This document shows, piece after piece, positions 12,091-21,432 of a DNA stretch of 64,000 bases. This DNA comes from an uncultured Mycoplasmatota bacterium (GTDB taxonomy: Bacteria; Bacillota_I; Bacilli_A; RF39; UBA660), in NCBI GenBank assembly GCA_945949305.1, contig CAMFED010000002.1, positions 14,605 to 78,604 of the forward strand, given 5' to 3'. Below the pieces are notes generated by a model, which was not told where the DNA came from, did not search any database, and worked only from the letters and a program-made list of their open reading frames with translations. The first letter of the stretch is position 1. Each line of letters opens with the position of its first letter. The translations under genes and the position numbers were made by a program.

Positions 12091-12308
12091 TATATTAAAG
12101 ATTTATCCTTTAAAATACGATATAAAACTGTAATCATTTCTTCACGAGTCATAAACTTCTTATACATTTTACGGCCTTTTTCGTCACCTTTAATATATCC
12201 ATTTTTTTCTGCCCAAGCACGAGCATCTGTAGAATAAGTATTAGGATTTTTTTCAGCTAATTCAATTAAATAATTATTCATCATTTCATTAAATGTTTCT
12301 TGTGTCAT
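12090..12308 (-). CDS. hypothetical protein (in frame with the endolysin, separated by a single TAG)
   Basis: Its own RBS gaggagg lies 8 nt upstream of the ATG, but the gene is also in frame with the endolysin across the TAG at 12336-12338. Confidence 0.4.
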   Translation of the reverse strand: MTQETFNEMMNNYLIELAEKNPNTYSTDARAWAEKNGYIKGDEKGRKMYKKFMTREEMITVLYRILKDKSLI

Positions 12309-12335
12309 ATCTTCATCCTCCTCAACAACTCCAAG

Positions 12336-13393
12336 CTAAGCATTAACCTTAGCAGCAATATCTCCATGACGACTATATAAATATTCGCCGGGACAAGATT
12401 TATTAGTATAATCTCTATGAACTGTCATATTACATCCATTTAAATGATTTACTCTATCATTTTTATTAGTAGACCATACTAATTTTTTTATATTATTTCT
12501 TTTACAAATATCAACTAGAAGTTTAATTAAAGCCGCATATGCTTTATCAGTAACGGCATATGGACTTGTAGTATCACTAGCTACTTCAATGGTAATAGCA
12601 CGATTATCATTAGCTGCATTAGAAGAGCACCATGAACGATCTTTTTCTTCAACATACATACCAATTCTACCATCAGGGCCAATACCATAATTAGAAGAAG
12701 CTTGTTTTGATGTCGGCGCAAATATGTTTCCAAGAGCTTCAACAGAACATTGTCCAACTACACAATGAATTGTAACAGTATCAATTACATGATTACGAGG
12801 ACTAGTTTTATTAGGACTAATCTTAGTATAATTAACTAAAGGACTATTAGTTTTACCAAATCCATATTGGTTACTTGTATCAGTATCAACGTCTCCAGTG
12901 TCTGTTACTGCTGGATTATAAATAAATCCAAGAAATTTATATCCAGCGCCTGCGCCCCAGTTACCATTTCCTTTTTCACGAGTAGCATTCCAGAATGGAT
13001 TTTTACTGCCCCAACCACTCTCAGAAGTCATAATTTTTGTAGGACTATAAATCTTTTCAACAATAGCAACGTGTCCAACACCGTCTCCACTATTTAAAGT
13101 GGGGCCACCTCGCCATACCATACAAGCTCCAAGCTTTGGAGTCTATCCCATTGGAATACCAGTATTATTATATTGCGGAAAACGTTCAGCATTAACTGGA
13201 CTTAAATATTTACAATATCCATATCCGCCGATTTCATTAAAACGGCCATATGCGTATCCAACACAATTACTTAAAACATCATTCTATTTATCTGTTGGAC
13301 TGCCTTTAATAGCATAAGAATACCCACCATTAGCTTTAGTAATATAATATTTATTACCAGCTTCTGGACGAGTTGTTCTCATTTTAAAAGCCA
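12336..13393 (-). CDS. endolysin: N-terminal CHAP peptidase + C-terminal amidase_2 (N-acetylmuramoyl-L-alanine amidase)
   Basis: C-terminal HRDYTNKSCPG amidase_2 signature. N-terminal Cys/His CHAP-like segment (CVGYAYGRF ... GHVAIVEK). Two in-frame TAGs sit in the N-terminal part. Confidence 0.7.
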
Positions 13394-13462
13394 TATATAT
13401 TCCTCCTTTTTAAGGTTATAAAATTAGCCAAAAGAGAATTTAACTCTTTTGGCTAAATAAAA

Positions 13463-14717
13463 TCACATATTTTCAGCAATGCGTGCTATAGCAGAACGAT
13501 GTATATTCTTTAATTCAATTTCACCGTATACATTAGTTCCTCTAAAAATTTTAGAAGCTCTACGCATACCATTATTAGCACCAGCAAATGAAATATCATC
13601 AACCTAAGTTTTATCATCACCGTCAATGATACAAATACTATCACTACCAATACGTTGTAAAGCTAATTTCATCAAAGAAATATCCATATTCTATGCTTCT
13701 GAAATATAAATACCAGCACACATACCAGTAGTATCATAACCACGAATATCACTTAAAGGTAAAAGAATCAATTTTTCTTGTTCAATCATTTGTTCAACTA
13801 CTATTCTTCCACCAAATTTACTGATTAATAAATTACCAATTTGAGAATCTAATAATTTTTCATCTCTAGTTCCAGGATAATATCCTAATTTAGCAGAATT
13901 TTTAGTAGCTATGGTGTTACAGAAAATAATTATTTTATCAATGCGGCCTTTTTCAAGCTAATTTAATAAGAATGCTAGACTCAAATAAGTTTTACCTGAG
14001 CCGGCCGGACCTCGTACCATTGTTATAGTATTATTTAAAAGACTATCTGCAAATAATGCTTGATAGGCATCATCTTTCATTGGTTTAATTTTACCAAACC
14101 ATTTAGAATCAAAGTTGCCATAGACTATTGGACGGTATTTTTCTCCTGTCCAGCATCTTTTATCTACAATTTGACCATCATCATCTTTAATTAATAGGTA
14201 TTCTCCTACTAATAAATCAAAATAATTTTCTTCTTGATTAGAATAAAAATCAACCATAGCTTCATTATTCATAGTTACTTCTAAATAACCTGTATATTCA
14301 TCTAATGTATCTTCATTAATACTTTCTATATTAGTATTAAAAAATAATTTTGCCATTGTTTTTAATGACAAATCATTTGTTACAAAAATAGTATTAGGAT
14401 GACATTCCTTAAAATTAATAGCGGTAGCTAAAATTCGTGTATCATCAGTAACTGGGAGATTCATTTCTTCTATAGCTTCTGTATAATGTACTTTAAATAA
14501 ATGAATAAGATAATTATCAGGGTTCTCGTTTAATTTATGTAATAATTTACGAGCCGCATATTTTACATCAGGATCTTTATTACTTGATGTTTTTATATTT
14601 TCTAATTCATTTAAAGTAATTGAAGAAATTACTGGTATAGATTCTTCATCCTAAAATAAAGTATCTACAACCATTAATAAGCTACAAGTGTCATAAAATT
14701 TATATATCTCAGTACTC
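13463..14717 (-). CDS. phoH: PhoH-like ATPase
   Basis: Walker A motif GPAGSGKTYL. Several in-frame TAGs and a TGA stop. Confidence 0.65.
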
Positions 14718-14721
14718 ATTA

Positions 14722-14951
14722 TCATCTTCCTCTTCTTCATAATCTGGTGTGGCAAATCCAATAGCATGGATGGAAGTGCTATTTTCATTAGCCAGTTTTT
14801 TGATTTGGGCATTATATTCTGCTGTTTTAACAGCAATTTTGCCCTTGACCATCTCGAAGAAAGCTACAATTACACTTATTAGGCTATCTCCTATGGGACA
14901 TAAGTAAGCGATAAAAATCATTCCAAAAATAAATAGTAAGATAAATATCAC
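14722..14951 (-). CDS. small membrane protein
   Basis: Hydrophobic N-terminus and an acidic C-terminus. Confidence 0.3.
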
Positions 14952-15022
14952 CCTTTCTTTAGAATTGTAAGAATAAAGGCTTAAATTCTCTTATTATTTA
15001 TAAATATTAGTATAAAAATATT

Positions 15023-15470
15023 ACTCACTTTTGTCCTTGGCGCGATTCGCGCGGATACGCTTATAGAATTTATCTTTTCCATCTATCCAATCTCTTAAAT
15101 ATTTTTGGTATGGCGGAATTAATTCATTTCTAATAAAATCTAAGTAATTTTCTCGTTCTCGAATCTATCTCCGCAATGTTTTAGTTTCATAAGAATTATA
15201 ATTAAAATTTTTAGATTGTGTCATTGAATAATATAATTGTTTTAGAGTTTTTAATTCAGTCTTAACTTCTTCACGATGAACACGTAATAATTGAATTTGT
15301 AATCTCCATTCAGCAATGGTCATTCCAGTATTTTCATTCATCATATCTTGGTCTTCTGGATGACAATGCGCGATTCCAGTATATTTTATATTATTATAAT
15401 CACATGAACAAGTTGCGGTTCCAGTATCAGGGTCCCATTCATATTTAGCATTTTTTACTTTAAGTTCCAT
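15023..15470 (-). CDS. hypothetical protein
   Basis: ORF 15165-15470 extended through one TAG to the TAA stop at 15023. Confidence 0.35.
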
Positions 15471-15615
15471 ATGTTACTCCTTTTATATATTTCTTTATAT
15501 AATTATACCATTTTTTTTAAGTAAAATCAATATTCTGACATTTTTGATCAAAAAATTGCTAGCGTGCCAGAATTTCCGAACTACGGCCGATTTCGATATC
15601 TAAGCATAAAAAATC

Positions 15616-15641
15616 CCTTATGAGATTTCTCTCATAAGGGA
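15616..15641 (-). terminator. rho-independent terminator downstream of the flotillin gene
   Basis: Hairpin cccttatgag...ctcataaggg followed by a T-run on the minus strand. Confidence 0.55.
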
Positions 15642-15648
15642 TTGAGTA

Positions 15649-17037
15649 TTAATTTTCTTTCTTTGCGATAAAGGAATTAAGCAACTGTGCAAGATCAATG
15701 CCAGTGGCTTCAGATACAGCCTTAGTAATCTGATCAGCCGTTTTCATAACATCACCAGCAAGCTTGGCACTATTGCCTTCGCCATACATGGTAATTTTAT
15801 CAACGTTCGTCAGAGGCGCAGAAGCATTAGCAACAATCTTCGGCAGAGCATCGAAGTACATTTCCATGATGGATGCTTCACCCATCTTCTTTTGTGCTTC
15901 TGCTTTCTTTTCGATAGCAGCAGCTTCTGCTTCACCAACTGCGGCAATACCAGCAGCCTTCTGTTCAGCAGCATACTTCTCAGCTTCAGCTTTTGCTTTC
16001 ATAGCGCGAGCTTCCTGTTCAATTTCATAAGCACGAGCTTCAGCATCTCTCTGACGCTTAATCAGATCAGCCGCAGCCTTCTGTTCAGCCGCATACTTGT
16101 CAGCATCAGCCTGCTTACGCACAAGGGCATCCAGTTCATATTCCTTCAACTGAATCTGCTTCTGCTTCAAATCAGCTTCGCGTTCTGCCTTAGCAATATT
16201 AGCGTCAGTAGCAGCAACATCTCTCAACTTACGCTGATTCTCTGCCTCAATGCCAGCCGCAGCATCAGCCTGAGCCTGACGAGTATCAGCTTCCTGCTTC
16301 AATTGAGCCTTCTTAATTGCCAAGTCATTATTACGAACTGCCATTTCTTCAGCAGCCTTAACCTTAGCTTCATTAGACTGCTTAGCATTTTCTGCCTTAG
16401 CAACCTCAATTTCACGTTCAGCATTAGACTTAGCAATTGCTGCGTTTTTACTAATCTGAGCAACGTTATCAATACCAAGATTGGTAATAACATCATTATC
16501 ATCAGAGAAGTTCTGAACATTGAAAGTAATCAACTGAAGACCATACCGAGCCAGATCAGGAACCGCATTCTCCTGAACTTTCTCACTGAATAATTTTCTA
16601 TCGCTAACCATATCAGTCAGTTTCATCTGACCAACAATTTCACGAATATTACCTTCCAAAAGGTCATTAATCTTAGTAGCAATAGTATCTCTATCAACAT
16701 TCAAGAAGTTCTGTGCGGCAAGAGCAATCATTTCATCAGTCTCGCCAACTTTAACAGATACAGTAGAATCAACTTTAACATTAATATATTCAGCAGTAGG
16801 GACAGCAGAACCAGTCTTTACATCAATCTGAATTGCGCCAAGATACAACTTATCCAATCGTTCAAAGAAAGGAATCTTAATACCGGCTTTACCGATTAGA
16901 ATACGAGGTTTCTTGTGAGCACCACTAATAATGAAAGCCATATCAGGCGGAGCTTTCACATAACCACTACACAGAAGGATAAAAACGAAAATAACGCCCA
17001 ATACAATGGGAATCAAAGTAATAAGAAAAGCAGGCAT
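15649..17037 (-). CDS. flotillin-like SPFH/band-7 protein
   Basis: N-terminal transmembrane helix, an SPFH domain, and a long Ala/Glu-rich EA-repeat coiled coil typical of flotillins (FloT/YqiK). Intact 462-aa ORF with GC higher than the genome background. Confidence 0.8.
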   Translation of the reverse strand: MPAFLITLIPIVLGVIFVFILLCSGYVKAPPDMAFIISGAHKKPRILIGKAGIKIPFFERLDKLYLGAIQIDVKTGSAVPTAEYINVKVDSTVSVKVGETDEMIALAAQNFLNVDRDTIATKINDLLEGNIREIVGQMKLTDMVSDRKLFSEKVQENAVPDLARYGLQLITFNVQNFSDDNDVITNLGIDNVAQISKNAAIAKSNAEREIEVAKAENAKQSNEAKVKAAEEMAVRNNDLAIKKAQLKQEADTRQAQADAAAGIEAENQRKLRDVAATDANIAKAEREADLKQKQIQLKEYELDALVRKQADADKYAAEQKAAADLIKRQRDAEARAYEIEQEARAMKAKAEAEKYAAEQKAAGIAAVGEAEAAAIEKKAEAQKKMGEASIMEMYFDALPKIVANASAPLTNVDKITMYGEGNSAKLAGDVMKTADQITKAVSEATGIDLAQLLNSFIAKKEN

Positions 17038-17084
17038 TTTATTTTTCCTTTCATTAAAATATTTAATTGTTTATAATTTATATG

Positions 17085-17651
17085 TTAAAGAAATGATTTA
17101 CATTCCTCAACTTTATCTTTCATCTGTTGGATAATATCATCCAACAATACAGGGTATCCATCATGGGAATCAACACCTACATGATACATAAAAGGCATAT
17201 CCTGATAAAAATTTGTAATTTGATGGGTATGACCATAAAGATTAAGAGTCATTTGATGAAGGCTTTCTCTTTGAAGATTTCCTGTCATAGTAGGATAATG
17301 GCTCATATAAAAATAATATTTTCTATATTTTAAAATAGTAGCATCGCCAAGAAATCCGATATTAGCATTTTGTTCATCTATATAAAGATTTACTCTAACA
17401 TCAGTATCATGATTTCCTCGTACAAAATACTTATTGCCATTAAGCCGTTTAAGACATTTAATGCCTTCATCATTGTTACCGAGCATCAAATCTCCAAGAA
17501 TATATACTGTGTCATCAGACTGAACAAGAGAATTAAATTTCTCGATCTGAATTTCATTCATTTCTTCAACTGAAGAATAACCTCGTGCTTTCCAGACAAA
17601 TTCTCTATCATGCCCGAAATGAAAATCACTTGTAAGCCAAATATTACTCAT
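17085..17651 (-). CDS. calcineurin-like metallophosphoesterase
   Basis: GDLMLGN ... GNHD motifs. Confidence 0.7.
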   Translation of the reverse strand: MSNIWLTSDFHFGHDREFVWKARGYSSVEEMNEIQIEKFNSLVQSDDTVYILGDLMLGNNDEGIKCLKRLNGNKYFVRGNHDTDVRVNLYIDEQNANIGFLGDATILKYRKYYFYMSHYPTMTGNLQRESLHQMTLNLYGHTHQITNFYQDMPFMYHVGVDSHDGYPVLLDDIIQQMKDKVEECKSFL

Positions 17652-17669
17652 AAATTAATCATCCCCTTT

Positions 17670-18230
17670 TTATACTTGAATTGGTTTTCCAATCCAAGTA
17701 CAGTCATAATAGTTTCTTCTTTTTCCATCATTGCTACACCAAAGGACATCTCTATACTCATATTTTTCACCATGATCGGGAAGAACATAAGTATCATACA
17801 TCCTTTTAATAGCAGCAGCAGGAACGTTTTCTAAACCACTTCTCTGCTTATTATACTCATAGCACTTTTTAAGAGAAGTAATCATACCAACACAAGTAAT
17901 ATCAATATCTTTTAAAAAGTCTGCCCCAAGAGCATTAAGAAGTTTATTTCGAGAACGCTCATTTAAATGAGTAGCATCAGCAATTACAACATCATACTTT
18001 TCAAAGCTCTCTTTAATAGTTTTTACATATTCATTGAAAACTTCAGATTCATGTTCAAAGTAATTGGTAGAAGAATTCTTTTTAAGAAAAGAAAAACGAA
18101 TCTTATCTCTTGAAACAATAACCCAAGACTTTTTACTCCAATAAGGATCTTTCGTAAAATAAAAATTAGCAAAAGTACTTTTACCGGATGCCGGAGGTCC
18201 GCACATAATCCAAAGATCTTTCCGCTTCAT
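17670..18230 (-). CDS. P-loop kinase (polynucleotide-kinase-like)
   Basis: Walker A motif MCGPPASGKSTF. Confidence 0.5.
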   Translation of the reverse strand: MKRKDLWIMCGPPASGKSTFANFYFTKDPYWSKKSWVIVSRDKIRFSFLKKNSSTNYFEHESEVFNEYVKTIKESFEKYDVVIADATHLNERSRNKLLNALGADFLKDIDITCVGMITSLKKCYEYNKQRSGLENVPAAAIKRMYDTYVLPDHGEKYEYRDVLWCSNDGKRRNYYDCTWIGKPIQV

Positions 18231-18444
18231 CTTTATACACTCCATTCTTAAAATTTTCAAGAAATTCTTCAACATCTTCTTCATTCTTACACTCTACATG
18301 ATTTACTTCCTCTTGGCAATAAATACAATAGAGCTTTTTACGATGAAATTTACTGTGTTGGAATCCAGATTTACGCTGAATAGGAATTCCTTTATGACCA
18401 CATTTCATACAATAGAATGAATGTTCTTCGAACATATTTATCAA
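18181..18444 (-). CDS. zinc-ribbon protein
   Basis: C-x2-C ... C-x2-C motif pairs. Confidence 0.4.
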   Translation of the reverse strand: MINMFEEHSFYCMKCGHKGIPIQRKSGFQHSKFHRKKLYCIYCQEEVNHVECKNEEDVEEFLENFKNGVYKDEAERSLDYVRTSGIR

Positions 18445-18468
18445 TTCCTTTCTTAACTTTCTATAAAT

Positions 18469-18497
18469 ATTATAATATATTTTTTATAAAAAATCAA
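18469..18497 (-). promoter_or_regulatory. sigma-70-type promoter, TTGATT-N17-TATAAT
   Basis: The revcomp of 18492-18497 gives TTGATT and the revcomp of 18469-18474 gives TATAAT, with the ATG about 25 nt downstream. Confidence 0.55.
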
Positions 18498-18720
18498 TTT
18501 TCTTTTTTTAATTCAGGATGTTGTTCAAGGTAAGCCGAATACTCGCGGTCCATTTCTTCCATAAAATCAAAATATGCTTGTTGGGCAATTTTTGTCTTTC
18601 ATCTTTTTAAAGCAGAACAATCTTTTCCACAATAATTTGCTCGACGACATTTACCGCATTCTCCTTCTAATTTCCATTGGTCAGAAATAGGAATATTTTT
18701 CTTCATTCATTTCTCCTTTA

Positions 18721-19464
18721 TTAACAACAAAAAATATGTTCATCAAAAGTGTCAAGGTCAAAGCAAATTGTCATATTGGTTGCATAAGTTCCACAATCAA
18801 TATTAATATTATGACCATTGTGAGAATACATAACACCGGGATCTTTTATAAATTCTTCTTCTGAAGAAAGATATGGAATAGGAGTGTGTCCATATACTTG
18901 ATAATCAAATTCACAAGATTTATAACCAGTATTATGCTTACGGTTCCAAATAAGTTCTTTCCGCAGATAATCCTGCATTTCTTGCGATTCTTTATCAAAT
19001 TGCCCATTTTCAAAATGACGGATTGTATTCCAAGAAAGTCCAGCATGAGAAAGAAAAATTTTCTTCTTTTCTACATTTTCATAAACATAAAAAGGAATAG
19101 TCTTTTTAAGAAGAGCTAACCAGTTAGGCATAAATCCATCATTAGTTGCCGCGGTAAATGTTTCATATCCACCATTTTGACAAAGCAGATAAAAAGCATA
19201 ATCACACATACCATCATAATTAATGTAATCATCAAGAGCATTAATAAGCATTTGCTCATGATTGCCGCGCACATAAGTAATCCAACCTTCATGTACGCCA
19301 CAAAGTACATCTGTAATGATTTCCCAGCCATCAAGACCACGATCTGCGCAATCTCCAAGACAAATTAACTTATCTTCTTTTGGATTAATAAAATCTTTAA
19401 TTTGACGCCAAAGATTAATATTACCATGAATATCTGAACAACTATAAACAGCCATAATTATCAA
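18721..19464 (-). CDS. Ser/Thr-phosphatase-like metallophosphatase (PP2B/Ap4A-hydrolase family)
   Basis: GDCADRG ... GNHE motifs. Confidence 0.7.
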   Translation of the reverse strand: MIIMAVYSCSDIHGNINLWRQIKDFINPKEDKLICLGDCADRGLDGWEIITDVLCGVHEGWITYVRGNHEQMLINALDDYINYDGMCDYAFYLLCQNGGYETFTAATNDGFMPNWLALLKKTIPFYVYENVEKKKIFLSHAGLSWNTIRHFENGQFDKESQEMQDYLRKELIWNRKHNTGYKSCEFDYQVYGHTPIPYLSSEEEFIKDPGVMYSHNGHNINIDCGTYATNMTICFDLDTFDEHIFCC

Positions 19465-19482
19465 TCCTTTCTATAAATATAT

Positions 19483-19535
19483 TATAATATATTTTTATAT
19501 AAAAATCAAAGGTGGGATTTTATTAACCCACCTTT
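19483..19535 (-). promoter_or_regulatory. terminator hairpin (19508-19535) followed by a TTGATT-N17-TATAAT promoter
   Basis: Hairpin aaaggtggg...cccaccttt. The revcomp of aatcaa at 19504-19509 gives the -35 element and attataat at about 19483 gives the -10. Confidence 0.45.
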
Positions 19536-19720
19536 GTAAGTTTTACAATTAAAGTAATAAGATTCATTACTAAGCAACTAGCTAGCATCATAACAGTCCA
19601 AGTAAGACCTTCTCCCCAATCTTTATGGATTGCTTTAATAATCCAATTGACAAAAGAAAATAGCCAGAAAATAGCAACTAAAATCCAAATTACGAATAAG
19701 ATAATCTCAGGAACACTCAT
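19523..19720 (-). CDS. small membrane protein
   Basis: Two hydrophobic helices. Confidence 0.3.
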   Translation of the reverse strand: MSVPEIILFVIWILVAIFWLFSFVNWIIKAIHKDWGEGLTWTVMMLASCLVMNLITLIVKLTKVG

Positions 19721-20132
19721 TTTGGATCTCCTCTCTTACTTTCATAAGTAAAAGTCCTAAATTATTTTCTCCAGTACCATTACAAACACCCCAATAGCAA
19801 TCTCCCCAAGTATTACCTTCTTCAAGGTAAGCATCTCCAGTATCAAGAAGTTTCTGCCTTAACTCAGGAATAGCAAATTTCTTGCGCAATCCTTCAAGCA
19901 TAATATCCTTTTTGACGTATTCCCAATCAGGTCTAATCTTAACCTTTCGACCTAATCGTTTTGCTTGGCCTGGTGTAGGAGCATTAGCAATTTCCAAAAG
20001 ATCTTCCTGATTAGTCGCTTTCATCGCTTGAAAGTAGTGTTCCATTGTAGGGAACACTACTCCATTTACTGTGAAAGGACTCAATTCATAATTGCTTAAA
20101 AAAGAATATTTGTTTCTAAAACTATCAATCAT
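19707..20132 (-). CDS. NADAR (YbiA-like, DUF1768) domain protein
   Basis: PF..MEHYFQA.K ... GDCYWG pattern typical of the NADAR family. Confidence 0.6.
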   Translation of the reverse strand: MIDSFRNKYSFLSNYELSPFTVNGVVFPTMEHYFQAMKATNQEDLLEIANAPTPGQAKRLGRKVKIRPDWEYVKKDIMLEGLRKKFAIPELRQKLLDTGDAYLEEGNTWGDCYWGVCNGTGENNLGLLLMKVREEIQNECS

Positions 20133-20135
20133 AAA

Positions 20136-20936
20136 TTAAAACTCCCAACACGTCCCCTGAGAAGGACCAACTCGGCTGCACATTGGCATAGGTCTAACCT
20201 TATGAATATTTCTCTTATGACGTTCCATAATATTTTTATAAACTTCATAATTTTCAGGAGGAGTGCCAGTCTCAAGGAAGGTATCAAGTACCTCATAAGT
20301 AAAACCAAGATTATCTTCATCAGTTTTACCGCTCAGGCCATCTTCAGGAGCTTTATCAATAAACTTAGCCGGAATGCCAAGAGCATAACCAATAGCTTTC
20401 ACAGCATGAACAGTATAATCACTCAAAGGAGAAAAATCGCCCGCAGAATCACCAAACTTAGTAGAATAACCTACAAAGTCCTCAGAAGCATTACAAGTAT
20501 TAACAACTCGACCATGAAGCATACCTGCGATTGCATAAAGAACAGACATACGAATTCTTGCTGGGCTGTTGGATGTAACCACCGAATTTTCTCTTACATC
20601 ATCAAAAGGAAAAGCATTGTCGAAACTTTCATAAAAAGTATCACAAATCTTACCAATATTTACTTCAATAGTCTGAATCTGAAGATACTGACCAACTTCA
20701 TGCGCAATATCAATATCATGCTGCTTACCCTGTGGCATATAGACACCGATAACCTTATCTTTACCAAGAGCTTCAACACAAAGCTTCGCTGCGACAGTGC
20801 TGTCCTTGCCGCCACTCAGCCCAATAATCGCTTTACAATCAGGACCATTCTCTACGAAATAATTCTTAATCCAGTCTTTAATGTGATTAATTTCAACATT
20901 AATATCTTCAGCAATAGGATAAATAAGAGTACGCAT
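20136..20936 (-). CDS. nadE: NH3-dependent NAD+ synthetase
   Basis: SGGKDS PP-loop motif with NadE-like length and architecture. Confidence 0.8.
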   Translation of the reverse strand: MRTLIYPIAEDINVEINHIKDWIKNYFVENGPDCKAIIGLSGGKDSTVAAKLCVEALGKDKVIGVYMPQGKQHDIDIAHEVGQYLQIQTIEVNIGKICDTFYESFDNAFPFDDVRENSVVTSNSPARIRMSVLYAIAGMLHGRVVNTCNASEDFVGYSTKFGDSAGDFSPLSDYTVHAVKAIGYALGIPAKFIDKAPEDGLSGKTDEDNLGFTYEVLDTFLETGTPPENYEVYKNIMERHKRNIHKVRPMPMCSRVGPSQGTCWEF

Positions 20937-20937
20937 A

Positions 20938-21432
20938 TTACTTTTCCTCCAATCTATAAATGTAAATATTTTTGTTAGTAAGAATATTTTGAATCATAGT
21001 ACGAATAATTTCCCAATTGGCACCACCACGATCACTACCAATTTTATAAGGAAAAGCAATCGAAGTACCATCCGCGAGTTTAGAGTTCAATTCCTCAAGA
21101 CAAGAAGCAAATGCTTCATAATTGGTATATCGTTTACCGTCATAACCAAATTTATCTTGAGCATACATATTCGCAATCGTATGACCATCATTTGTCTTAA
21201 CAAGCTGTGTTTTTCCAAGAGGAGCAGGATTATTAATAAAATACATCTGATAAGCCTGCGCTACTTCTGGCCATTTATCTTTAATCTGTTTAGCAACACC
21301 AGATCCCATTGTTTTCTGACAATTTACTTGATGGCAAATTACACAGCCATGATTATCAAGTAAATCGCCATTTAATTCGTGATAAGTATTCATATTATTC
21401 TCCTTCTGGATACATATTCTCTCTAACTTCAT
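20938..21432 (-). CDS. macro domain (ADP-ribose binding/processing) protein
   Basis: HQVNCQ ... MGSGVAKQI macrodomain signature. Confidence 0.7.
   Translation of the reverse strand: MKLERICIQKENNMNTYHELNGDLLDNHGCVICHQVNCQKTMGSGVAKQIKDKWPEVAQAYQMYFINNPAPLGKTQLVKTNDGHTIANMYAQDKFGYDGKRYTNYEAFASCLEELNSKLADGTSIAFPYKIGSDRGGANWEIIRTMIQNILTNKNIYIYRLEEK

Noticed and set aside
15892-16593. 233-aa plus-strand ORF
   Set aside because: It is antisense to the flotillin coiled-coil region. The Ser/Leu/Phe-rich sequence is a mirror of the Ala/Glu repeats.
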